DNA of 41,174 nt. Origin: Verrucomicrobiales bacterium (lineage in GTDB: Bacteria > Verrucomicrobiota > Verrucomicrobiia > Verrucomicrobiales > V1-33). Numbering within the stretch: position 1 is the stretch's first letter; every line of letters starts with the position of its first letter. A model generated the notes under the pieces. That model was not told where the DNA came from. It searched no databases and was given only the letters and a program-made list of their open reading frames with translations. Location of the stretch: assembly GCA_031411295.1 (NCBI GenBank), contig JANOAV010000198.1:1-41174 (forward strand), given 5' to 3'. Of the stretch, positions 19,401 through 28,007 are shown piece by piece. The translations under genes were made by a program, and so were the position numbers.

Positions 19401-21139
19401 GTGCTGCCCGGATCTATGATACCATCCAAGTTCACCGTGCGGGTCCGACCAATGCCGCTCAGCGTGCCGGCCACGCCCACGGTAGTGGCCGCCGAGGCTA
19501 CGGTGCCATTCACCGCCAAAACGCCGCCGTTGATGGTGGTGCCAGCCGTCTCATTCATAGGACCAGAGAGGACTTGGACGCCCGTGCCTGTTTTGACCAG
19601 TGTAAGCGCAGCGGTGCCATTTTGCAGCGTGCCGGAAAACTGTGACCAAGCGGCATTTCCCTGGCCCATGGTCAGCGTGGCTGCCGTCGTGGTGGTTACG
19701 GTGCCAGCCCCACGCAGGCCATTGATGCCTTCCGGCTTGCCGCTGAGGTTAAAGGTAGCACCTGCTTCCATTCGCACATTAGTAGTACTGGAAATCTGAT
19801 CATTTCCCGTGCCTCCGAGCGTCAGCGTGCTGCCTCCACGGAGCCACAGCCCGTCCCCAGGCATGTTTACCGCATGGATGGTAGCCGTGCTGGCTTTGGC
19901 TAAATTTAGCGTCCCGCCTGCAACGATGACTCCCAGATCCGTATTGTTAGCAGCACCTTCCAGAGAGAGGATTCCGTCACCAGACTTAGTTAGGCCCGTT
20001 GCGTATAGATCGCCCGCAGCAGAGGTTACTACACCCGTGAGGGAAAGCATTTCTGAAGCCGTGGTGACGGAAATCTCGCCCTTCCCAATGACAGACCATG
20101 AGCGGTTCGTGCTGTCTGTGGTTCCGGAGAAAATGACGGCTCCGTGGTTCAGTGTCACACTGGATCCAGCTCCCAGTGGACCTGCGAGCCCGCTGTTCTC
20201 TACGCTGGCAATGCTGACTGCGGGTCTGCTGGAATTGCTAGTAGTGAAAATACCCGAGTTGATGTCGTTAAAACGAAATGCCTGCCCGGCGTTTCCAATG
20301 TTCACATTTCCCGTGAAATCACTGACCCCAGCAAGCGTCTGCACGCCGCCCCCATTCCGCCCCGCCACCGTAAGGCCACTGCTGCCGGAAATGTTGCCTG
20401 CGAACGACGCATTGGCTCCTAAATCAAGCGTGAGACTCCCGGCACCCAATGTCACGGCACCAGCCCCACTCAAGTTTCCGATGGCTTCGCTCAGTCCATT
20501 CATGTCCCAAGTGCCACCTGCCTCCACGGCCACTAGAGAGCGATTGTCCAACACCTCCGCCTGAGCCATCCGCACAGTGGCCCCGCTGCTGATCTGCAAG
20601 GAGCCTTGCAGCAATCCATTTTGGCCGAATGCAAGCCCACCGCCCAACACCGTAAGCCCCTCCCGAGCCACTAACGCCCCCGTCAACGTAGGCCGATAAC
20701 CCACCGTATGATCATTTCCAATAACCAAAGTTCCAGCACCCCACTTTTCGATAGAATCCCCGCTCACAAGCCGCCCAGCGAGCGTCAGTTGCTGGTTAGC
20801 AACCCTGATGGACGCCACATCCGCATTCCCTTCTAAATACAATAGGTCACTCTGCGATCCAGTTATCGTGAAGTTATGACTGGGCACCAGATCCCCAAAG
20901 CGAATCTCACCCAACGTCCCATTGAAGCTCGAAGCACCGGCATCTGCGGAATAATTCACCTGAGAAAAATCCGCCAAAGCCCCCGCTCCACCAGCCACCG
21001 AACCACCGACCCAGTTCGCCCCCACAGTCCAGTTTTGAACGCCACTAGGATTGAGCCAAACCCCGTCGGCCGCCCAACTGAACGGAGCGAACCATGAGAA
21101 CAGCACGACGGATATTGATAATTTTTTGAAAATATTCAT
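16478..21139 (-). CDS. Autotransporter-associated beta-strand repeat protein with PEP-CTERM sorting signal
   Basis: Signal peptide MNIFKKLSISVVLFSWFAPFSWA; many LxKxGxGxLxL...YxGxTxIxxGxL repeats; C-terminal IPEPSTAFMLAGALFLGLSSRQRRK. Confidence 0.92.
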   Translation of the reverse strand: MNIFKKLSISVVLFSWFAPFSWAADGVWLNPSGVQNWTVGANWVGGSVAGGAGALADFSQVNYSADAGASSFNGTLGEIRFGDLVPSHNFTITGSQSDLLYLEGNADVASIRVANQQLTLAGRLVSGDSIEKWGAGTLVIGNDHTVGYRPTLTGALVAREGLTVLGGGLAFGQNGLLQGSLQISSGATVRMAQAEVLDNRSLVAVEAGGTWDMNGLSEAIGNLSGAGAVTLGAGSLTLDLGANASFAGNISGSSGLTVAGRNGGGVQTLAGVSDFTGNVNIGNAGQAFRFNDINSGIFTTSNSSRPAVSIASVENSGLAGPLGAGSSVTLNHGAVIFSGTTDSTNRSWSVIGKGEISVTTASEMLSLTGVVTSAAGDLYATGLTKSGDGILSLEGAANNTDLGVIVAGGTLNLAKASTATIHAVNMPGDGLWLRGGSTLTLGGTGNDQISSTTNVRMEAGATFNLSGKPEGINGLRGAGTVTTTTAATLTMGQGNAAWSQFSGTLQNGTAALTLVKTGTGVQVLSGPMNETAGTTINGGVLAVNGTVASAATTVGVAGTLSGIGRTRTVNLDGIIDPGSTGLSPSTGTHTASRVNFRDGSIGAFGLGNTAAGPANDQLVLVNSGGLNTAGANTINIRNLGNMAPGTTTLMTYAGAIGGSGFAALSLGTLPPRVSATLTNGVGTIDLTVTAADAIRFHGNLGSNWSGANFRTVTGGVATSYIENVDARLSDTVIFDDINAIQNPIYVTVPQVLHPSQLLFKNAQWDTNVSMFGIAGDGGVYKSGAKDAVFGFNTINTYNGGTHVSSGGLLYLSEPSQSATTRFGTGPIVLGDAATGAQAIRFGMQNGGNASLVPLANDISVPAGPTGSVTIGNLALTSFIPSQFNTFQYPAIFSGSMDLNRPVSLVADALGATLPAVFRGPIEGNVGTLTISGKVTLAGENSFTGNVVLQNSNAGTILKLVGSNHSQIPDGGGVTVNAGSVILLMGESEKIGFLNGNGVVHGDDMDYGMAPATLTLNGGNFTGRLSNIYLHKTGPETLQFGGVQDGSPDQASLTVDEGVVEVVATGGAAFVDVLLLGGVLKNTSAQNDMLIGGKLILNGGTVDLNGRTEEVTSLTGSGGTITSSSGGRLAVRLPNTAPVENFHGHLTGAMGLDLIGPGRLSLDGRAGAADYTGTTVISNSSTLIANDGQAIGDQSVVSVYSQLIVNGSETIGALEGSGTVVVNSPGNVLTFGGAGGSHTFTGQITGPGGLRKIGNGEQIFSLFGSSYGGPTLIEEGTLVASISGLSDFSDVTISPGATLRVTDYEATRSLQGGGHLELAINGGLSLGGNAAVSVFNGTISGPGNLTQVGTGSLTLMGTSTGTGQVYVGGAGSLLIMNGNHSASSALWTADVGGTLRGTGIIGGNLNLSGSLAPGNSAGTLTVLGNLVTSGSSPRLVMELNSPTLHDQIVVGGSLQFGGTPVLQLTLNYAPNTGDEFILINKTSPGFASGLLWDTNLALIPEGGTVTASGYPFSLTYRGGNGNDVVLTSLIPEPSTAFMLAGALFLGLSSRQRRK

Positions 21140-21271
21140 TGGAAGGTGATAGAGGGAAAATCCTCTCAATCCTTCCTTCGGAATTTCTCCCACCAACCGT
21201 TCAGAAAATTTTCTGGATTCTTCACAAACATCGTGATGCGCGTCCGATAGAAATACGAACAGGTCAACGTA

Positions 21272-21448
21272 GCCCCCGGAACCCAACAAATCCATTGGTT
21301 TGCCGACAACCGCTACCTGGGAGCCAGCCCCCCGCCGATCCCCTCCCCTGGCAACCTCTCGTAGGCGACTACGAACTCCAAGCCATGGACGACGCCGGCC
21401 GCGTGGCGGTAGCGAAGATCAGCGTGCGTCTGGCGATGGGGAAGTGAC
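21272..21448 (+). pseudogene. Orphan duplicate of the pbpC 3' end (frameshifted)
   Basis: Near-identical to 12139-12316, with one C missing in a C-run. Confidence 0.95.
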
Positions 21449-21519
21449 ATTTCCGCTAGTCCCGCATCTGCCATGGCATGTAGTTGCTGACGCGCAATCC
21501 TCCAGTGGGAGAAGAGGCG

Positions 21520-22133
21520 TGGATGGCGCGACTGCCGGAGAACGCAACAGTTACCAGGCCCAATGTGCCCGGTTGGTAACGTCCGATGTGATGTTGCAGC
21601 CCACTTAAATTTCACGCATCATGATCTTCCTTTTCGACTTCCTGGATTGAGTTTACTGCTCTTTACGAATTCTAAGGAAAGTCTCGCTGCGGAAGCCTGG
21701 CATTGGACTTGGTTGCACCGAAGCGACCGAGTGCGACTCGAATCAATTTTATCGGAAACAGACCGCTGTCTGTCCGGGCCAGCGGTGCGCGTTACGGAGT
21801 ATGATTCAGATGCGGTTGATGAGCAATTGTTGGATCTCTCTGCCCCCAGCGCTGAGCGATATCGAAGCTCGTGGGAAAAAGGATATTTCATGTTCGCATC
21901 TGGAGATAGCAAGGTAGGCGGAGGAGTGCTTTACATCCAAGGTGATCCGGATGTTTTTGATTCCGAAGGCAATCGAATGGTCTTCATCGGTCAAATCGCT
22001 TCAACAGAATTCTGTGAAATTGGCGATTCTGGAATTGCTTATACCCACTATCCTCCAGTCACTCAGGAAATCCAAATTGGGGTCTCGTATTTCTGAGGTA
22101 ACTCCAACCCAGGCACGCAAATTTCTGGCGGCA
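21520..22133 (+). pseudogene. 5'-truncated duplicate of the C-terminal domain of the gene at 22827-24635
   Basis: Aligns with 24060-24672. It has a +1 frameshift near 21555 and the same stop, plus about 37 bp of shared downstream sequence. Confidence 0.9.
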
Positions 22134-22138
22134 AATAA

Positions 22139-22759
22139 CGCCTCGCGCAGGAGGAGAAAATCAGCCTGGCGGAAACGAACGGTCAGGGCTGGCATCCGTC
22201 CATCACCGCACCAACCATCGGCCGACCCGCTGCTGGCATTCCCGAGAGCAGCGAAACGCACCTGCGCCTCATGTTTGACATCATGCTGCTGGCCTTCCAA
22301 ATGGATCGCACCCGCGTGGCCACGTTCATGATGAATAACGACTTGTCTAACATGCGTTTCCCCAGCCTGGACGGCATCAGCGGCGGCATCCACGAACTTT
22401 CCCACCATGCGGGAGACGACCATCGGCTGGAAATGTATCAACGCGTCAACGAGCACCAAGTTAAACTCTGGGGCGAGTTCCCGACCAAAATGCAAGCCAC
22501 CAACGAAGGCGAGCGGACCCTGCTGGAAAACAGCATGATCCTCCTCACCAGCAGCCTCTGGGACGGCAACGCCCACGACTCCACCCAACTCCCCGTCGTC
22601 CTCGCAGGCAAGGGCGGCGGCACCATCCAAGGAGCCCGCCACCACGACCTCAGCGCCGATCCCAACCGCAAACTCTGCCACCTCCACTTGGCCCTTATGG
22701 ATCGCATGGGAGTGAAAATTGACCACTTTGGTGACGCGGAAAATGCGCTGGGGATTTGA
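22139..22759 (+). pseudogene. DUF1552-family protein, C-terminal fragment only
   Basis: HLRLMFDIMLLAFQMDRTRVATFM, HELSHH, EGERTLLENS, DGNAH..LPVVLAGKGGG, FGDA. An in-frame TAA at 22136 and no N-terminal half. Confidence 0.85.
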
Positions 22760-22826
22760 GTTGGGATGACGCCAGCCAAGTCAGGATTCAACTTGCAATT
22801 CTAATTTGGCGTAGTTATTGCTTATC

Positions 22827-24635
22827 ATGAATTCTGACTCGGCCAATGCTGCTGAATTATTGCTGGATAAAGCTGCCACGTTGTTGGATCGCTGTCGCAA
22901 ATCAGGATTTATAGCCGGAAATTTGCAAAGCGTGCTGGGGCTTCGACTCAGTCGCGTCCCGCCCGGGGATTTGAAAACATTAGCCGATGATTTGCGGGAG
23001 TTCGCCAATACCATTCCGTCGAGTGTTGCAGTTAATTCGCCTTTAGTCCCAAGGGATCGTTTGATGGCGGGGAAGGGTATGTTTACCACGGAATCGGAGC
23101 CCCCTGACCCGCTTGAAATTGAGATTTCGTCATTACAGCAGAAAATTGAAGACAGCGTCATTTTCCAAGGATCCTTTCTTCCCGAGCTTTCCGTTAAGGA
23201 GCTAATAACTTTATCTAAGGATGACGGAGACGCCATACGCGTCGTGGATGTGGCGGGAAATAACATCTTGAAGTGGCCAAGCATACGACCTCCACGGTAT
23301 TGCTCCATTGAGGGTGTTGTGCCCTATCTTGTTTGGGAGGATGATTTACTGACGTCTGGCTCGGAATTGGTGTTTGCTGTTGTGCGCCTATTTACGAGGC
23401 TTATTTCACAACCTGTTCCCTTCATGTTCAAACCGGCACTGTGGAATAAAGCCCGGCCTTTTAACCGAGAAAAGTTCCTCGCCCTGCGATTTTCAGGCTT
23501 CGTAGTGCGCCCGCGTGAGGGCGACTATCACTGCGCTATCCAGTGTTCCAACCTACCTGAGATCCTCGCGATAAAGGATCCGCCGCGCCCAAGGAAGCAG
23601 CTTGTGTGGCCGCACCACCCGACATTCCCCATTCCGTGGAGAAGTGTCAAAAAATTGGAAAACGGGGAGATACACGAAGACAGCTTGGGGGGCACAAAAG
23701 AGGAAGCGCTTCAGAATTGCTGCGCGGTGCGCGTAATTCGCTGGCAGGAGGAATCCCGCCAGAAACGGGAGGTGGCTGACGTATTTGAATCCGAGCAAGT
23801 GGAGCCATTATCCACTGATCAACAAATTGCGGATGCTATTATGGAAGCGCAAAGCACTTTGCTCTTTTTTGAAGATAACCACGATCTTCGTGTGTTGGGG
23901 AATTATCAACTTGCCAGTGAGCCTTCCAAGTTAGGATTGAAAGCTCGTGAAATCTGGTTCCAGAGATATCGTGAGGTATTGGCGCCTGCCCTTCCGGACG
24001 CCAGAACCGCAACTATATTTTTATGGAACGAAGGAAAGCCCAAATCTCCCTTCCGAACTTGGATGGCGCGGTTGCCCGAAAACGCAACAGTTGTGCTTCC
24101 TACGTGCCCAGTTGGTGATGCCCGGTGCGATGTTGTAGCCCATTTGAATTTCACGCATCATGATCTTCCTTTTCGACTTCCTGGATTGATTTTACTGCTG
24201 TTTACGAATTCTAAGGAAAGTCTCGCTGCGGAAGCCTGGCATTGGACTTGGTTGCACCGAAACGACCGAGTTCGACTCGAATCAATTTTATCGGAAACAG
24301 ACCGCTGTCTGTCCGGGCCAGCGGTGCGCGTTACGGAGTATGATTCAGATGCGGTTGATGAGCAGTTGTTGGACCTCTCTGCCACCAACGCTGAGCGATA
24401 TCAAAACTCGTGGGAAAAAGGCTGTTTCATGTTTGCATCTGGAGCCACCAAGGTAGGCGGAGGAGTGTTTTACATCCAAGGAGATCCGGGTGTTTTCGAT
24501 TCCGAAGGCAATCGAATGGTCTTCATCGGTCAAGTCGCTTCAACAGAATTCTGTGAAATTGGCGATTCTGGAATTGCTTATATCCACTACTCTCCAGTCA
24601 CTCAGGAGATCCAAATTGTGGTCTCATATTTCTGA
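22827..24635 (+). CDS. Hypothetical protein with a C-terminal YwqG/DUF1963-like domain
   Basis: Open frame of about 600 aa. The C-terminal KVGG..YIQGD...FIGQVAS...IGDSGIAYI resembles the DUF1963 consensus; the N-terminal part is not recognised. Confidence 0.55.
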   Translation: MNSDSANAAELLLDKAATLLDRCRKSGFIAGNLQSVLGLRLSRVPPGDLKTLADDLREFANTIPSSVAVNSPLVPRDRLMAGKGMFTTESEPPDPLEIEISSLQQKIEDSVIFQGSFLPELSVKELITLSKDDGDAIRVVDVAGNNILKWPSIRPPRYCSIEGVVPYLVWEDDLLTSGSELVFAVVRLFTRLISQPVPFMFKPALWNKARPFNREKFLALRFSGFVVRPREGDYHCAIQCSNLPEILAIKDPPRPRKQLVWPHHPTFPIPWRSVKKLENGEIHEDSLGGTKEEALQNCCAVRVIRWQEESRQKREVADVFESEQVEPLSTDQQIADAIMEAQSTLLFFEDNHDLRVLGNYQLASEPSKLGLKAREIWFQRYREVLAPALPDARTATIFLWNEGKPKSPFRTWMARLPENATVVLPTCPVGDARCDVVAHLNFTHHDLPFRLPGLILLLFTNSKESLAAEAWHWTWLHRNDRVRLESILSETDRCLSGPAVRVTEYDSDAVDEQLLDLSATNAERYQNSWEKGCFMFASGATKVGGGVFYIQGDPGVFDSEGNRMVFIGQVASTEFCEIGDSGIAYIHYSPVTQEIQIVVSYF

Positions 24636-24745
24636 GGTAACTCCAACCCAGGCACGCAAATTTTTAGCGGCACACCTTGATTCCTCAGCCAAAGCCTACT
24701 CCCGCCCATGATAAGAACAATCCTTGATTATAGCAAACCCATCGA

Positions 24746-26094
24746 GGTTCTTCCGGGAATTTCGTGGTTGACGCGACTTCTCCTGAGTGAAGTTGGCACA
24801 TGGACAAACCAGTATCAGCTCCGATCGAAGTCGCCCGGCATTATCAACGTCTGCTGGGTTTGCCAGAGCCCTGGGTGGTCACGCAGTTAGTCGAAAATAT
24901 TGCCGAGGCCAAGATCGACATTCAACTCCACCATGACCCCAACACTCGCTTTCCTTGTCCGCACTGTCAGGCACTCTGCCCGGTGCATGATCACGCACCG
25001 GAGCGTCGGTGGAGGCATTTGGACGCCTTACAATATCGCACCTTTCTGACCGCACGCAGTCCTCGCGTCAAATGCCCTGAGCACGGTGTCAGTGGCGTTG
25101 CTTTGCCTTGGGCAGATTTCTCGGCACGTTGGACCATTGATTTGGAATGCAAGACCATCGACACCTTGGAGGCATGTGCCTCGCTCAGCGCAGCGGCCAA
25201 GCTACTCAATCTAAGCTGGGATATGCTTCAAAGCATCATCTCATCTGCGGTCGCACGAGGGTTGGCGCGACGCTCGCTCGCTGGGTTGTGTTGGCTTGGA
25301 TTGGATGAGAAAAGCTACCTCCGGGGCCAAAGTTACATCAGCGTCTGCAACGACCTGAAGGGCCGTCGGGTCTTGGAAGTAAGCCTTGGACGCACCGCCG
25401 AAGAAGCCGCCGTCGCTTTGCGGGTCGTGCCTGCAGAGCAGCGCAGTGAGATCCAAGCCGTGGCGATTGATATGAGCGCAGCCTGTGCCAATGCGGTGAG
25501 CATGGTCTTCCCCAAAGCCGCCCAGGTGATTGATCGGTTCCATGTTAGCCAGTTACTCAATAAAATGGTCCACAGCGTGCGTCGCAGCGGGCATGCCAGA
25601 CTGATGAGTGAAGGTGACGAAGTGCTTAAAGGCACGGCACGACTCTGGCTCTGGGGGCCTGAAAACATGAGCAGTGACATGCTCGAACGCTTCAGCGCGG
25701 TCGCAGCCCTGAATCTGCAAACCTCCAAAGCCTGGCAAGTGAAGGAGAATTTCGCCAGCTTCTGGGATCAACCCAACGCGGAGCAGGCGCAGATATTTTT
25801 CGAACAATGGGAACAGGCAGCTCTCAAGTTAAAGTTCGCGCAAATTACGACGCTAGCGAAGACGTTGCGAAAGCATTTGCAGGGCTTGTTAGCCTATCAA
25901 AGCTACCGCATCACAAATGCCATCAGTGAAGGATTTAATAGCAAAATCCAGTCCCTGAAAGCCGCAGCCAGAGGATTTCGAAACGCTGCTAACTACCGGA
26001 TTCGCATCCTTTTCTTCTGCGGACGCTTAGACATGGGTAGAACCCCAAGCGCATGCTTCGCTTAATTTTCAACCACGAAATTCCCGGAAGAACC
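24746..26094 (+). mobile_element. ISL3-family insertion sequence, complete (1349 bp)
   Basis: Perfect 26-bp terminal IRs GGTTCTTCCGGGAATTTCGTGGTTGA (24746-24771 and 26069-26094); 8-bp TSD CCCATCGA (24738-24745 and 26095-26102). Confidence 0.97.
24800..26065 (+). CDS. ISL3-family DDE transposase
   Basis: Zinc finger CPHC...CPEH, GLDEK, AIDM, IDRFH, and TNAISEGFNSKIQ. Confidence 0.96.
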   Translation: MDKPVSAPIEVARHYQRLLGLPEPWVVTQLVENIAEAKIDIQLHHDPNTRFPCPHCQALCPVHDHAPERRWRHLDALQYRTFLTARSPRVKCPEHGVSGVALPWADFSARWTIDLECKTIDTLEACASLSAAAKLLNLSWDMLQSIISSAVARGLARRSLAGLCWLGLDEKSYLRGQSYISVCNDLKGRRVLEVSLGRTAEEAAVALRVVPAEQRSEIQAVAIDMSAACANAVSMVFPKAAQVIDRFHVSQLLNKMVHSVRRSGHARLMSEGDEVLKGTARLWLWGPENMSSDMLERFSAVAALNLQTSKAWQVKENFASFWDQPNAEQAQIFFEQWEQAALKLKFAQITTLAKTLRKHLQGLLAYQSYRITNAISEGFNSKIQSLKAAARGFRNAANYRIRILFFCGRLDMGRTPSACFA

Positions 26095-26384
26095 CCCATC
26101 GACTTCGAGGATACGATCGTGGAATATGAATTTGATGCCGCAATGGTTGTGCGCTTTGCGGATAGGATTCAATTTGAGGAAGAGGATAGCAATTTCGCCC
26201 CTGGGCCGAGTGTGGCTTGCAGGCTTCAGACAGATGATGGTTTGGAGTTTGCACTCATTCATCTGCAATATTGTGATAAGCTTCTGGTTTATGGGCAATC
26301 GGATGCTTCATCTGATCTGTTGAGATATGTTTTCACCTCTGAATTCCCTGAGTTAAGCGATAGTCGATTTTTTCGACGACGAGC

Positions 26385-27671
26385 TTAGCTGCCTTGCAGC
26401 GGCAGTGCGGGATGCTCCTGAAAAATAGAGGCCGCCAGACGACATTCCCGACCTCCTGGATGCCTTAATCGCAGCCGGCGTTTCAGTGCATAGTCAAAGA
26501 CTAGCGGGTTTAAATTATACAACTCACGCAGTGGGTCGGCATCGGTCGGTTCAAGTAATCCAGCTCGTATCCAATGGCGCAGCGAGATCACGCAATTCAC
26601 CGCTGGCAGCGGATAATCGCTGCCATTGACCATCCGCTGGTGCAAATCTCCACGGCTTAGCAGGGTGCGGAGGAACTCCGGGGTGCGATTCATTTGGGTG
26701 GTGGCGGAAATGTCGGTGAAGAGCAATCCCTGCCAGCGTGGATCATCCATCATTCGCAGCAGCAATCTCCAATTTTGCACCGGAGGGCCATTGGGAGCGG
26801 ATTGATCTATTCCTTTCCCCAAGCTGGCACAGTGTGCCACGATGACCTTGACTCCATGCTCCAACGCTCGTTGCAACCGTTGGGGATTGCCCAGACACTG
26901 GGCTTCAACCGCGTCCACTGCCGCTTCCTCACCGCCATGCGAAAGGAGCGCCATGCCCTGCTGGTGCAGCGTTGCATAGAAGGCATCGCAACTGGAATCC
27001 GCGGGATCAATCCCCATGGCATTCGGCAGCCACTTGATGACGCGCACCCCTTGAGCGTGCAACCGTCGCAGTTCCTCGCACGCCCCCGGCTGCCGCGGGT
27101 GCACCGAACCTGCCGCTGCGAAATGGCTGGGATCACTTCGGGCCACCTGCAGGGCGTGAGCATTGGGCACATGAAATTCGGTTTTCGCCCCCACCACTTG
27201 GCCATCCGGTCCATGATGTTGCGCAAAGGCTAGCAGCAGCAATTTGCCCGGCACCGTCTGCGCAAGGCTGCGCAATCGATTGATAAATTGGGTTTCTGCT
27301 TGGCTCGGATCCTTTATGAAACTGGCACTGCGATAGACTTCAAAACGAAAGTGGTGCCAAGGGTGCGCCCAAGTCAGCATCCGCGGATTCACATAGCAGC
27401 CGCTGGCCTTTTCGCCTGTGCCCAAAAGATGGACATGGTAATCTGCAAGTTTGGCTGAATCTACGTCGGCATACACTTGCTGCCACAAGGCCCGAGCGGC
27501 CACACTCAGCCCTTTCGGCAGATCCTGGGGCTGGCCAGTGGAGGCGCCTCCCAAGCGGCGCGCGAGCCCCATGCAGCCAACTGCACTCAGCAAACTACCA
27601 GCCGCCATCGTTTGGCAAATCCAGCGTCGCGACACTCTGGAGGTTTCTGAATTCAAAGAAGGGTTTTGCAT
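26385..27671 (-). CDS. Amidohydrolase-family (Amidohydro_2) metal-dependent hydrolase with a twin-arginine-like signal
   Basis: SRRWICQ...AVGC N-terminus; DYHVH, GSVHP, IKWLP, LSHGG, IVAHCA, GSDYP. Confidence 0.85.
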   Translation of the reverse strand: MQNPSLNSETSRVSRRWICQTMAAGSLLSAVGCMGLARRLGGASTGQPQDLPKGLSVAARALWQQVYADVDSAKLADYHVHLLGTGEKASGCYVNPRMLTWAHPWHHFRFEVYRSASFIKDPSQAETQFINRLRSLAQTVPGKLLLLAFAQHHGPDGQVVGAKTEFHVPNAHALQVARSDPSHFAAAGSVHPRQPGACEELRRLHAQGVRVIKWLPNAMGIDPADSSCDAFYATLHQQGMALLSHGGEEAAVDAVEAQCLGNPQRLQRALEHGVKVIVAHCASLGKGIDQSAPNGPPVQNWRLLLRMMDDPRWQGLLFTDISATTQMNRTPEFLRTLLSRGDLHQRMVNGSDYPLPAVNCVISLRHWIRAGLLEPTDADPLRELYNLNPLVFDYALKRRLRLRHPGGRECRLAASIFQEHPALPLQGS

Positions 27672-27765
27672 AGTGCTCTATGTTACGAGTGATGACTGCA
27701 ACGCTAAATTGGAAAAATTGATGAAACCATCATTAAAACCAATGATCGTTCCTCGGAGTGGGCCG

Positions 27766-27887
27766 GCCACCACGACGTCAGCCAAGATCCCAACCGCAAA
27801 CTCTGCCGCCTCCACCTGGCACTCATGGACCGCATAGGAGTGAAAATTGATCACTTTGGCGACGCGGAAAATGAGCTGGGGATTTGA
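27766..27887 (+). repeat. Second copy of the last 122 bp of the DUF1552 fragment (copy 1 at 22638-22759)
   Basis: Ungapped alignment ending at the same TGA; reads HHDVSQDPNRKLCRLHLALMDRIGVKIDHFGDAENELGI. Confidence 0.93.
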
Positions 27888-28007
27888 CGATGGGATGGGC
27901 CATCATTCCTTCTGAAAGAATTGCCAAATTTAAAATATGCTAGCAATGATAAAGTTCGATGCCAGTAGCCTCTTGGCCGATTACCCTCAGCCAGCAGCGC
28001 AGACGGT

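Larger units (their letters stand above)
24708..26388 (+). pseudogene. Small acidic hypothetical protein (107 aa) interrupted by ISL3
   Basis: Removing the IS and one TSD copy joins MIRTILDYSKPI to DFEDTIVEYEFD...FRRRA in frame. Confidence 0.85.

Noticed and set aside
21140..21295. N-terminal extension of the PEP-CTERM ORF in the ORF track
   Set aside because: The signal peptide begins at ATG 21139, and the extension overlaps the pbpC tail repeat.
21520..24672. Template/variable repeat pair of a diversity-generating retroelement
   Set aside because: The differences are not confined to adenines (many C/T, G/T and C/G changes), the repeat is too long, and there is no reverse transcriptase in the window.
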